Part shown: positions 27,075-37,300 of the stretch, one piece after another
How positions within the stretch are numbered: the first letter of the stretch is position 1
Layout of the letters: each line of letters starts with the position of its first letter
Source: an uncultured Rhizobium sp.
GTDB lineage: Bacteria > Bacteroidota > Bacteroidia > NS11-12g > UBA955
Direction: 5' to 3'
DNA length: 64,000 nt
NCBI GenBank assembly: GCA_964408945.1
Contig: CAYPBJ010000007.1
Location: forward strand, 8,684 to 72,683
The notes under the pieces: model-generated
The model's database searches: none
The model's input: the letters and a program-made list of their open reading frames with translations, nothing else
Told to the model about the DNA's origin: nothing
Translations under genes and position numbers: made by a program

Positions 27075-27854
27075 ATGTCGTATGAATTTATTTTAACGCA
27101 TGCTGAGCTGGCCCCACAGGTTGCGGGCATTCAGTTAAATCGTCCGAAAGAATTAAATGCATTGAATCTTCAATTGATGGGCGAAATAAAAGCTGCCTTA
27201 GAGCATTTTGACTCAGACGATTCTATCAGAGCCATTGTGATTTTTGGAAATGAGCGCGCTTTTGCTGCGGGTGCGGATATCAAGCAAATGGCAGGTAGAA
27301 CTGCTGTTGACATGCTCAAAATTGATCAATTTTCAACCTGGGATAGTATCAGACGCACTAAGAAACCCATTATTGCAGCTGTAAGCGGCTTCGCCTTGGG
27401 TGGTGGATGTGAGTTGGCGATGCTTTGCGATATGATAGTGGCGAGTGAAACTGCCCAATTTGGTCAACCCGAAATCAATATAGGTGTCATGCCTGGTGCT
27501 GGTGGTACTCAGCGTTTGACTCGCGCGGTAGGAAAAGCACGTGCCATGGAGATGGTTTTGACGGGTAATTTTATTTCTGCCGAGGAAGCTCGTGAAGCGG
27601 GATTGATTAACAAAGTGGTGCCTGTTGACTTATACTTAGATGAAGCCATCAAATTGGCGCGTAAAGCGGCTGAAAAATCACCCATTGCCATACAATTGGC
27701 CAAGGAGAGTGTATTGAAAGCGTTTGATACCGGATTGCAGGAAGGCTTGTACTTTGAAAGGAAGAACTTTTACATGTTATTCGCAACTGAAGATCAGAAG
27801 GAAGGCATGAGTGCTTTTGTAGAGAAGCGCAAACCAGATTTTAAAAACAGATAA
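27075..27854 (+). CDS. Enoyl-CoA hydratase (crotonase family)
   Basis: AFAAGADI, GFALGGGCELAMLCD and QPEINIGVMPGAGGTQRL. ATG 27075 preferred over TTG 27060. Confidence 0.9.
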   Translation: MSYEFILTHAELAPQVAGIQLNRPKELNALNLQLMGEIKAALEHFDSDDSIRAIVIFGNERAFAAGADIKQMAGRTAVDMLKIDQFSTWDSIRRTKKPIIAAVSGFALGGGCELAMLCDMIVASETAQFGQPEINIGVMPGAGGTQRLTRAVGKARAMEMVLTGNFISAEEAREAGLINKVVPVDLYLDEAIKLARKAAEKSPIAIQLAKESVLKAFDTGLQEGLYFERKNFYMLFATEDQKEGMSAFVEKRKPDFKNR

Positions 27855-27871
27855 TTAAAAGTTGAAATCAT

Positions 27872-27903
27872 AAAAAAAGGCTGCCCTTGGGCAGCCTTTT
27901 TTA
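27872..27903. terminator. Bidirectional rho-independent terminator
   Basis: A-run, AGGCTGCC-cttg-GGCAGCCT stem, then T-run, located between convergent genes. Confidence 0.8.
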
Positions 27904-27920
27904 TATTGCTTGTTTATTTA

Positions 27921-28886
27921 TTACTTAACGTCAGCGTAAGCAGAGTTAACATAGAACCAAGAAGTACCTTCTTTTTTCCAAACAATGGCAACTACAGCAG
28001 TATTGCTCTTGTTGAAGTTCCACCATCCGAAACCAAACCCACCAATTTGTGGCTTGATTTGACCATCCAACATGTCTTTGAAACCTTGAGAAGGGGCTTT
28101 GAATGTGTATTTCGCGGTTTTCTCAATTTCAGTTCCGTTGGTTGGATTGCTCATCTCAACATCACCAAAAGCAACTGGAGCATTTGTCCATGGTGTTGTG
28201 GTAGTATTTACACTGCTGTATTTAGCAGAACCACGAACAATGTTCTTGTGTTCTACTGAAGTATTACCTACACCAGATACGTTCTGATAAGCATTTACTG
28301 ATTTCTCTATAACAACTAAAGAAGTGTAATAATCACCACCATCAGCGTTCAAAGCTTTCATTTTGTATTTGATGTTGATGTCATTGCCGCTAGCAGTTGC
28401 GTTTAATGCAACACCAATTTGTGGAGCTACGTTAGCATTATAGCTGGTTGCAAAATCCTTAATTTGTTGATCAGTTACACCGCTGTTACCCAAAACTGAG
28501 TTATCACAATAGAAATGTGGGATGTATCCGTTAGGCAAACATGCGCCATAAAGTTGACTTGAGAATGGAGCAAAGAAAACTGAGTCAGCAGGCTTGTCGT
28601 CACGCAATCCAATGGGAGTCAACATGGATAATGAACCTAATGCTGGGTGTAAATCTAAGCAAATCAAATCATCTGTTCCCATAGATGCCATAGCTTTCTT
28701 GAAAACTGGTCCACCTGAAGCACCGCAAGGTCCGCACCAAGTAGCAGTACTATAAATTAAAAGTGAACGTTGCTTATTGGCAACAGTCAATGGTTGGTCT
28801 CCACCACTTGGAGTTTCGTCTTTACAGCTCTGCATGAAACCTGCAGCACCTACTGAAATCAGAGCGATAAATAATAATTTTTTCAT
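27921..28886 (-). CDS. Thioredoxin-motif lipoprotein (possibly Omp28-related)
   Basis: Lipoprotein signal ...GFMQSC. WCGPCG motif 30 residues after the lipidated Cys. Beta-rich C-terminal domain. Confidence 0.55.
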   Translation of the reverse strand: MKKLLFIALISVGAAGFMQSCKDETPSGGDQPLTVANKQRSLLIYSTATWCGPCGASGGPVFKKAMASMGTDDLICLDLHPALGSLSMLTPIGLRDDKPADSVFFAPFSSQLYGACLPNGYIPHFYCDNSVLGNSGVTDQQIKDFATSYNANVAPQIGVALNATASGNDINIKYKMKALNADGGDYYTSLVVIEKSVNAYQNVSGVGNTSVEHKNIVRGSAKYSSVNTTTTPWTNAPVAFGDVEMSNPTNGTEIEKTAKYTFKAPSQGFKDMLDGQIKPQIGGFGFGWWNFNKSNTAVVAIVWKKEGTSWFYVNSAYADVK

Positions 28887-29007
28887 TGTGTTACGATTGT
28901 TATTTTACGAAATAACGGATAATTCCTCTCATCACAAAAAAAATCAATGCGATTTTTCATTTTAATTCCCATAGAATTATCTTTTACTTTGCAGCGTCAA
29001 ACAAGCT

Positions 29008-29583
29008 ATGCTAAATCTCATCTTATTTGGACCTCCAGGTGCTGGTAAAGGAACACAAAGCGAAAAGTTAATTTCAACCTATAATTTGAAGCACATTTCT
29101 ACTGGAGATTTGCTTCGTGCAGAACGTCAAGCAGGCACCGAATTGGGAAATCAAGCCAATGAATATATTTCTAAAGGCGAATTGGTTCCAGATGCGGTTG
29201 TAATTGGTATGGTTCGAAATTATATGCAATCACACACCGAAGCAGCTGGATTTATTTTCGATGGATTTCCAAGAACCATTCCTCAAGCCGAAGCTCTAGA
29301 TCAAATGTTGAACGAATTCAATACTTCCATCTCTATGGTGTTGGGTCTTGAAGTGAATGAAGATGAATTAGTGAAAAGATTACTATTAAGAGGACAAACC
29401 AGCGGGAGGGTTGACGATCAAAATGAAGAGACCATCAGAAACCGTTTCCACGAATATTTGAATAAAACCTTGCCTATCCAAGGATTTTATGCTGGACAAG
29501 ATAAATACCACGGTATTAACGGCCTTGGCGAAATTGATCAAATCAATGCAGAGCTCTGCAAATGGATTGACTCGGTAAACTAA
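29008..29583 (+). CDS. adk: Adenylate kinase
   Basis: P-loop GPPGAGKGTQ, TGDLLR and GFPRT motifs. Short LID without a zinc cluster. Confidence 0.95.
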   Translation: MLNLILFGPPGAGKGTQSEKLISTYNLKHISTGDLLRAERQAGTELGNQANEYISKGELVPDAVVIGMVRNYMQSHTEAAGFIFDGFPRTIPQAEALDQMLNEFNTSISMVLGLEVNEDELVKRLLLRGQTSGRVDDQNEETIRNRFHEYLNKTLPIQGFYAGQDKYHGINGLGEIDQINAELCKWIDSVN

Positions 29584-29594
29584 TCCATTTTTAA

Positions 29595-30326
29595 ATGAAC
29601 AATCTCAAGTGGGTATTTTTTGATTTAGACAATACCCTATGGGATTTTGATGCCAATGCCAGGGAGGCCTTAAAAGTACTTTTTGAACGTCATCAACTTC
29701 ACTTACATTCAGATTATCACGTAGATCAATTTATTTCTCTGTATGAAGACGTAAACAAAGCGTATTGGAAGAAATACGAAAGCGGAGAAGTCTCAAAAGA
29801 GATTCTTCGAACTAAACGTTTTTCTGATACGTTTGATTTAATGGGTATTCAACCCGCTTTACAACCATCGAATGTTTGGGAAGAATATTTAGAAATATGT
29901 CCTTACATGCCCATATTGATTCCCGGAGCATTGGAATGCCTGTCACTTGTTAGTCAGAAATTCAAAGTTGGAATACTCACCAACGGATTTGAAGAGACCC
30001 AACAAATAAAACTTAAGTCCTCTGGCATTGGAGCATTTATTGATTTTATGCAATCTTCTGAGCGAGTTGGATTTCCTAAGCCCACCTCTGAATTTTTCTC
30101 TTATGTATTTGAAAGTCTTTCTATTGGGCCCACTGAATGTGTTTATATTGGAGATAATTTAGATACCGATGTATGGGGTGGCATAAATGCCGGAATTAAG
30201 ACAGCCTTTTTTGATAAGGATAAGAATTTCCAAGATGTAACATTGCCTTCTGATTTGGAGTCAAATAAATTATTCGCAGGCAAGTTTTCTAATTTGGATG
30301 ATTTTGCCCGTATTTTTGTAATATGA
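29595..30326 (+). CDS. HAD-superfamily hydrolase (YjjG-like nucleotidase type)
   Basis: Motif I FFDLDNTLWDF, TNG, and IGDNLDTD. Confidence 0.75.
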   Translation: MNNLKWVFFDLDNTLWDFDANAREALKVLFERHQLHLHSDYHVDQFISLYEDVNKAYWKKYESGEVSKEILRTKRFSDTFDLMGIQPALQPSNVWEEYLEICPYMPILIPGALECLSLVSQKFKVGILTNGFEETQQIKLKSSGIGAFIDFMQSSERVGFPKPTSEFFSYVFESLSIGPTECVYIGDNLDTDVWGGINAGIKTAFFDKDKNFQDVTLPSDLESNKLFAGKFSNLDDFARIFVI

Positions 30327-30970
30327 GAATTTTATTAACCTTGGCCTTGGGCCTATTTTCAATCGGGACGAATGCTCAGTCTTTTCAAGCAGTTGAAGGT
30401 ACCGATGTTCAATATTATCCCAGCGCGAATGGATTTATGGATTGTGCTATTCACCTGAAGAATTTAACTCAGGCTCCAGTAGTGCTTCAATATAAAAAAG
30501 TAAGTGTCGATTTTCCTTCTACTTGGGACATCAGTTTTTGCGACAATCGCAATTGTTTTGGTGGATTTGTAGACGAAGATACCATGAGTGCAATCGCTCC
30601 TGATGATGAGAAAAATTCACTCAAATTAACGGTTTATCCAAACGGTAAATCAGATACGGCGGTTGTGGTTTATGAAGTTTGGAATAAATATTCACCCACA
30701 GATAAAATCACCTTAACGTTTACAATTATGGTTCGCTGGGGCGCATCGACTGAAAGTTATGAAATAGTAACTAGGGTATCTCCAAATCCCGCGAATGATT
30801 TTGTACAATTGCCAGTTGCTGATGCTCAGTTGTTAGACGTTCAAGGTAGAATTGTGTTAAATACGAGTAAGGGTTGTTTGAGCCTTTCTGAAGTGCCTAA
30901 TGGCATCTATTTTGTTCGTTTTGTGCAAAATAATTCTTGGGTAAATCAACGGTTGGTTGTTAAACACTAA
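30323..30970 (+). CDS. Small secreted protein with T9SS type-A C-terminal sorting domain
   Basis: ATGA overlap with the HAD gene. Signal peptide. C-terminus SPNPANDFVQL...VPNGIYFVRFVQ...RLVVKH. Confidence 0.7.
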   Translation: MRILLTLALGLFSIGTNAQSFQAVEGTDVQYYPSANGFMDCAIHLKNLTQAPVVLQYKKVSVDFPSTWDISFCDNRNCFGGFVDEDTMSAIAPDDEKNSLKLTVYPNGKSDTAVVVYEVWNKYSPTDKITLTFTIMVRWGASTESYEIVTRVSPNPANDFVQLPVADAQLLDVQGRIVLNTSKGCLSLSEVPNGIYFVRFVQNNSWVNQRLVVKH

Positions 30971-32952
30971 TGGTTAACTGGTACGCCTGGCCTGTGGCCC
31001 TTGGCGGGGCCGTAGCAGTTACATTTCTCGTTTACGGAAACCAATGGAAGTCTATAAAAGCTCTTCTCAGGTTTTTTGCCACATTTTTGCTCCTTTTTTT
31101 ACTATTTAGTCCTTCTTGGAACGCTGAGAAATCATTTCAACGCAAACCAATTATTTCCCTGTTTATTGACGCGAGTGAATCAGCCCGCAAAGAAAGTATC
31201 CCTCTTTCCAAAGATTTTAAAAGGGAACTTACTGAAAAATTTGGTGATGATATTCAATTGAATGAATTTTTCTTTGGGTCTGAGGTTGCTGATGACATTA
31301 ATGACTCTATTGGATTTTCCACTCGATTAGATAAGGTAACAGAGTTTATCAAGCAAGAGGCGGTGCAACCTGAAGCTTGTATATTGATTTCCGATGGTAT
31401 TGTAAACAGAGGCGGAAGTCCGCTGTTGAATCAAGTAAAAAGCCCCATTTTCGCTCTTGGAATAGGTGATCCAAAAATATACCCAGATGCAATTGTTTCA
31501 TCTTTAACAGTGAATGAATCTGTTTTTAAAGGAAATGATTTTGAAGTTGAAGCAGCCATCCAAACAGAATTGTTGAAAGGCTCAAAAGTGGTTGTCGATT
31601 TTTTTCAGAAAGGAAAATTAGTGGAATCTATTTCGCTCACTTCTCAAAGTGACCTCGATATGCAAAGAGTTGTTTTCAGAGGAAAAGGTGAAGTTGAAGG
31701 TTTGAATGATCTTCTAGTCAAAGCTCGGCCCATTAACACTCAGGAAAAGAATACCTACAACAATATTAAAACGTCTGTGATTGAAGTGGTATCGCTGAAA
31801 AAGAAGATAGCCCTTTTGTACAATACGGTTCATCCCGATCTCGGTGCCATAAGAAATGCTTTAAAAGGAGTAGAACAATTTGAATTGATCGAATCAAAGA
31901 GTATTTCAGAACTGCCTCCAAATACCCATGCAGTTATAGCGTTTAATATAAAAAATGACGCTTTTAATGAATTGAAAAAGAGCGGTTTGCCTTTTTGGTT
32001 GTTTTCAGACGCAACCAGTCAATTATCTTTAGAGACTTCTATCTTAAACAGAGCAATTCCTGCCAAAAATCAGTCAGTCACTCCAGAAGTGAATAAGGAT
32101 TTTGAACTGTTTTCATTAGAGGCACTTCCATTTCCGTTTAAAAGTGTTGATATTCCCTTGCTGAAATTAAATATCCCCCGAGAAAAAATCCAAATATTTC
32201 AGCAATGGAATCGAGTAAATACAAATTTGCCACTCTCTTTTGCCGATGATTCTGAGGGGAGGAAGTTGTATTTTGTGGGATTTGGAATTTGGAAGTGGCG
32301 TATTCAAGAGTTGAAACAGACTAGCGAAAGTAAATGGTTTGATCAATGGGTAAGAAGCAATGTTGATTGGTTAAGTAACCAAAATTTGAAAGGAAAGAAT
32401 ATTGAGTGGAGTCTAAGTAAGAGTAATTGGATCGTAGGATTGCAGGGGAAATTCAAGTTTAGTCTTTATGATGGCGCTTCAAAAAAGGTTGATAATGCAA
32501 ATGTATCATGCACTATTACAGATAAAGTTGGTAAATCTCAAAACATTGGTTTAACCACTAATTTAGCCTTATTTACTGGGGTTTTTAGGCCGAGTATTGG
32601 TGGAAGACATACCCTAAAAGTGCAACTTAAAACACCTATTCCTGGGGTAAATCAAAGAGAGTTCACTCAATTTATTGAGGTAGACACAGTTTCTTTGGAA
32701 TTGCAAACCATGAAAGCCAATCATGATCTGCTTAACGATTTGAGCCATAAATCTGAGGGTGGATTTTATCTAGCAAAAAACAAAGGAATAGACTCTGTAA
32801 TGGCCCAATTAATAAAAAGAGAACTCGATAAACCTCGAATTGAAATTTTGCAAAGCAGAATTTTTGCAACTGACGAAGTCTTATTTTTGTGTCTCATTGT
32901 TTTACTTTTTGGTGCAGAATGGTTTTTAAGGAAATGGGAAGGCAAGATTTAA
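30970..32952 (+). CDS. Membrane-anchored VWA-like domain protein
   Basis: TAATG overlap with the upstream gene. Two N-terminal TM segments and one C-terminal TM. MIDAS-like FIDASES and ILISDG. Confidence 0.5.
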   Translation: MVNWYAWPVALGGAVAVTFLVYGNQWKSIKALLRFFATFLLLFLLFSPSWNAEKSFQRKPIISLFIDASESARKESIPLSKDFKRELTEKFGDDIQLNEFFFGSEVADDINDSIGFSTRLDKVTEFIKQEAVQPEACILISDGIVNRGGSPLLNQVKSPIFALGIGDPKIYPDAIVSSLTVNESVFKGNDFEVEAAIQTELLKGSKVVVDFFQKGKLVESISLTSQSDLDMQRVVFRGKGEVEGLNDLLVKARPINTQEKNTYNNIKTSVIEVVSLKKKIALLYNTVHPDLGAIRNALKGVEQFELIESKSISELPPNTHAVIAFNIKNDAFNELKKSGLPFWLFSDATSQLSLETSILNRAIPAKNQSVTPEVNKDFELFSLEALPFPFKSVDIPLLKLNIPREKIQIFQQWNRVNTNLPLSFADDSEGRKLYFVGFGIWKWRIQELKQTSESKWFDQWVRSNVDWLSNQNLKGKNIEWSLSKSNWIVGLQGKFKFSLYDGASKKVDNANVSCTITDKVGKSQNIGLTTNLALFTGVFRPSIGGRHTLKVQLKTPIPGVNQREFTQFIEVDTVSLELQTMKANHDLLNDLSHKSEGGFYLAKNKGIDSVMAQLIKRELDKPRIEILQSRIFATDEVLFLCLIVLLFGAEWFLRKWEGKI

Positions 32953-34172
32953 ATTACAAACCAAAGGTAGTCGTAGGGCTTTCAGGTGGGGTGGATAGCT
33001 CAGTAGCAGCTTATCTTCTTCAGCAGCAAGGGTACGAAGTCATTGGTCTTTTTATGCGTAATTGGAACGATGCTTCAGTAACTTTAGAAGATGAATGTCC
33101 GTGGATTGATGATTCTAGAGACGCCCTTATGGTTGCTGAGAAATTAGGCATCCCTTTTCAAGTGATTGATTTAAGTGAAACATATAAAGAACGCATAGTT
33201 GATTATATGTTCAATGAATATGAATTAGGACGAACTCCGAATCCCGACGTACTTTGCAATAGAGAAATTAAGTTTGATGTATTCCTAAAAGCGGCCATGG
33301 GATTGGGCGCTGATTTTGTAGCTACTGGACATTATGTTCGAAAAGATTCCTTGATAAATGATGAAGGGGATGAAGTTTTTCGATTGCTCAGAGGGGTGGA
33401 CCCAAATAAGGATCAAAGTTATTTTTTATGTCAACTCAATCAATATCAGCTTTCCAAAGCATTGTTTCCTATCGGTGAACTATTAAAGCCTAAAGTTCGA
33501 GAGATTGCGCATGAAATTGATTTGTCAACTGCTGCAAAGAAAGATTCTCAAGGACTATGTTTTATCGGGAAAGTAAGTTTGCCTGATTTTCTCCAACAGA
33601 AGTTATCTATCAAGAAAGGTTTAGTTAAAGAAATTGACGTAAACGATTCAGCGGTTCAGAATTATTTCAATAAGATCAGTGAACACGTAACTCCAGATGC
33701 CGCTGTTTTAAGGTTCAATCCGGCTTTAAGTTCATCAAAAACTGTAGGCGAGCACAAGGGGGCACATTTTTACACTTGGGGTCAACGTAAAGGACTCCAA
33801 ATTGGGGGTAAACCTATGCCTTTGTTTGTTTTGGCTACGGACGTTGATGAAAATATCATTTATGTTGGACAAGGAGAGGAGCATGGAGCGATGTATTATC
33901 GGGGATTGTATGTAAATACTACTGAAATTCAATGGATTAGACCTGATTTAGCGTCTGATTTTTTGCAAGATTCATCAGTTATTACTCCAAATTTCAATTT
34001 GAAATGCCAAATTAGATACAGACAAACTGCATTTGATTGTGCTTTAGTGTCTAGCCCTGAAGGTGGGGTAGTAGTTGTATTTAAAGAATTACAAAAAAAT
34101 GCAACTCCCGGTCAATTTGTAGCTGTCTATTGTGATGAAGAGTTGATTTTTAGCGGAGTAATTTCACTATAG
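32934..34172 (+). CDS. mnmA: tRNA 2-thiouridine(34) synthase MnmA
   Basis: PP-loop GLSGGVDSS and a typical MnmA body. The track's GTG 32889 adds a non-homologous extension, so ATG 32934 (or 32919) is preferred. It still overlaps the upstream gene. Confidence 0.9.
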   Translation: MGRQDLNYKPKVVVGLSGGVDSSVAAYLLQQQGYEVIGLFMRNWNDASVTLEDECPWIDDSRDALMVAEKLGIPFQVIDLSETYKERIVDYMFNEYELGRTPNPDVLCNREIKFDVFLKAAMGLGADFVATGHYVRKDSLINDEGDEVFRLLRGVDPNKDQSYFLCQLNQYQLSKALFPIGELLKPKVREIAHEIDLSTAAKKDSQGLCFIGKVSLPDFLQQKLSIKKGLVKEIDVNDSAVQNYFNKISEHVTPDAAVLRFNPALSSSKTVGEHKGAHFYTWGQRKGLQIGGKPMPLFVLATDVDENIIYVGQGEEHGAMYYRGLYVNTTEIQWIRPDLASDFLQDSSVITPNFNLKCQIRYRQTAFDCALVSSPEGGVVVVFKELQKNATPGQFVAVYCDEELIFSGVISL

Positions 34173-34341
34173 ATTTTTTTAGTAGCTGTCAATAAATTGT
34201 AATCATTGATTTTTCAGGCTTCATTTAAAGTGTTTTTTGTGTCTTAAGCCTGTAAGGCTTGGCAATAAACCTTGGGTTTTTTCGTTGTTGTCGTGAAACG
34301 ACAAACGGGGTTTGATTGTTATATAAAAAGACACAGTTAAA

Positions 34342-37300
34342 ATGAAACATAAATACAAAGGTATTTTAAAAGGAATCTTGACGTTCTGGATGATTTTCTT
34401 GGCGTCCGAAGGAAAGGCACAAATCAGTTCAACGGGAAAGGAATTTTACATGTCATTCATGGAAATGGAGACACGGAATGGCGGGTTTCCAGACACCTTG
34501 TTGATCTTTGTAACCTCACCTATAAACACCACTTTAGTTTTAGATAACCCACGCTTAACTGGCTCTTCGGCATCGTATACTATCCAGGCAAATAAAGTCA
34601 ATCGTATTTCAGTAGACGTAAACTTTTATTATCCAGTTGGGTCTGAATTCGCCTCAACTGATGTTAACAGTCGACGTGGATTGCGCATAGTTGCCAAAGA
34701 CCCTGTCAACGTTTATTGTATGAATTTGGAGCTGAATCGTTCGGATGGAACTTTCGTTTTGCCTTATGAATCCATTCCTGCGGCTCCCGAGTTTTACGTA
34801 GTTTCATTTCCTCCAAACGCTCCAACCGGATCTTTTCCTAATGTAACTTCCTCTTATGGTGAGAGTGAGTTTGTAATTATTGCCATGGATAATAACGTGA
34901 CTGTTGAAATAACACCTACAGCCCCTACCAAAGGCGGTAAAGCTGCAGGTACTGCCTTCACAATTACGATGCAAAAAGGACAAATTTATCAAGTCCAGTC
35001 TGTGAAAGCTACGGGAACGAATAATACAGATCCAGCTGCAACTTCATGGGCAGCAACAGGCGCAAAAGCAGGTGATTTGACGGGTACAAGAGTCAGAGTA
35101 ATCAATGGATGCGGTAAAATAAACGTTTTTTCAGGAAATAGATCAGCTCACGTGACTAAAGGTAATTGCGGGGGTGGTGTTAACGGGAGAGACCATTTAT
35201 ACACGCAAGTTCTACCAACAAATGCTTTAGGAAAAGATTATGTATTGATGCCGTTTAGGAATCAAACGGGTGGATATGCTGTGAAAATTGTAGCTGCCTC
35301 TGATAATACCGTTGTAACCATTAATGGCACTGTGGTTGCTACTATCGCAAAAGCTGGAGAATGGGTTTATCGTCATGTGACTACAAGTGCTGCTACTTGT
35401 ATTAATACATCAAAGCCGGCCTACGTAGTTCAGTACATGAAAAATGGGGTTTGTTCAGGTTTGACGGGTAACAATGGAGATCCTGCAATTTTCATTTCTC
35501 CAGATGTGAATCAACGTTTAATTAAAACCATTGTAGGAACTGCAACTACCTCAAATATGAATCAACATTGGGTAAACGTTTTGGTTGACCAATCAGCAAA
35601 GAATGCAGTATTCTTGAATGGTACAAAAGTGGCAGCAACGAGTTTTACTGATTACACTTGTAGTGGTAAAAATTATTCATATGCCCAACTAAGCGTAGCA
35701 AATCCAAGTTCCAATACATTGCAATGTGATAGTGGAATGATTGTAGTGGCATACGGTGTTGGCCCTTACGAAAGTTATTCCTATTCAGCGGGAGCTTTAT
35801 TTGAGAACATTGAATATGATTATGACATCAAACGAAAAGGTAAATGTCCAAGTGAGCCCGTTAAACTAGTATCTAAAAATAAAAATTCAAAAATCAAAGG
35901 TACAAAGTGGAATTTTGGCGACGGTTCTCCCGAAGAGTGGGGAGACTCAGTTACGCATAAATTTTCAAAAATCGGAACTTACTATGTTCTGATGAAAGTG
36001 GTGGTTCCAAATGCTTGTAATAAGGACGATACCATCATCAGAAGTAAAATTATCAACGTTTTACCTGGACCCGTTTTCAATTTTCCTGATACAACTACTC
36101 AATGTGCGAACACTTTAAATGTGGAATTGAAAGTTCCTTCATCCTCTAAATTTACTTATAAGTGGCATGATAACTCAACAAAAAATACTTACACCGCTAC
36201 TAAAGATGGGTTTGCCTGGGTAAGAGTTTTAGATACATCTACTAATTGCGCTGCAGCTGATACTACTTATGTGAGAAGAGCCAATGTGATTTATGCAGGC
36301 ATTAAATACGATACTTTGAACCAATGTTACAAGCAAAATGTATTTGATATGACTGATGGTAGCAAATACAACGGTGATGGTTGGAAACTTTCTTGGTGGT
36401 CTGCAGAATATCAGCACACCAAAGCAATTACAAAAAAAGATAGCGTTAGAGATTTTAAAATATCTTTCGATTCATTGAGTACAAACAATCTAAGGTATAT
36501 AGTTCAATCGAGAAAAGGGTGTCGAGATACTTTAGATACAACGTTAATAGTACATCCTTATCCAATCGCAAAAATCAATTTCCCAGTTACTCATTTCTGC
36601 CAAAATGCAATTGCAAATGTCATAGACAGCAGCAGTAGTCCTTTGGGCGTGGGAAGGTCGTTTTGGGATTTTGGTGATGGATCTGCAAAAGACACCAGCA
36701 GCGATAGAAAGGGCAGGCATGTTTTCAAGTATGCAGATACATTCAATATAAGACTTATTACTCAAACTCCATATTTCTGCCATGACACGATTGATTCACT
36801 GTTTATTGTTTATCCTGTAGCCAAAACAACCATTGGCAGTAAGATCTTTGACCAATGTAAGAAAACCAATAAGTTTGAATTTTACGATAATACAACCATT
36901 GCAATTGGTTCATTTACTGATGAATGGCAAATAGCTGGTAAGTCATATCCAAATCAGGGTACATTGACCAATATCAAGTTCTCCGACACTGGAACTCAAA
37001 AGATATTGTTGATCACTGAAACAGATAAGGGTTGCAGAGATAGCGCCCGTTCAACGGTATTTGTAGCGCCCGAGCCCAAAGCCATCTTGACTGTTACCGA
37101 TAGTTCAAATTGTTTTCAAGGGCATTTTTTCGATTTAGAGTGCAGAAGTACCGTGCCTTCGAATAGCCAGTTAACTTCTAGAAGTGATTGGAAATATAGC
37201 GACGGCACAACCAATTATGCTAAGGTGATTACTTCCAAAAAGTTTAATACTGAAGGAGTTTATTGGGTTCGTTTAATAGCTACAACCGTTCATGGTTGTA

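Noticed and set aside
32889-32933. N-terminal extensions given in the ORF track (mnmA GTG 32889, ahcY TTG 46508, tex GTG 60679, MATE GTG 10957, ribE TTG c17384 and others)
   Set aside because: The extensions have no family-typical sequence and use rare start codons. They often overlap the upstream gene or the gene's own -7 box. Canonical N-termini begin at the internal ATGs used in the feature table.
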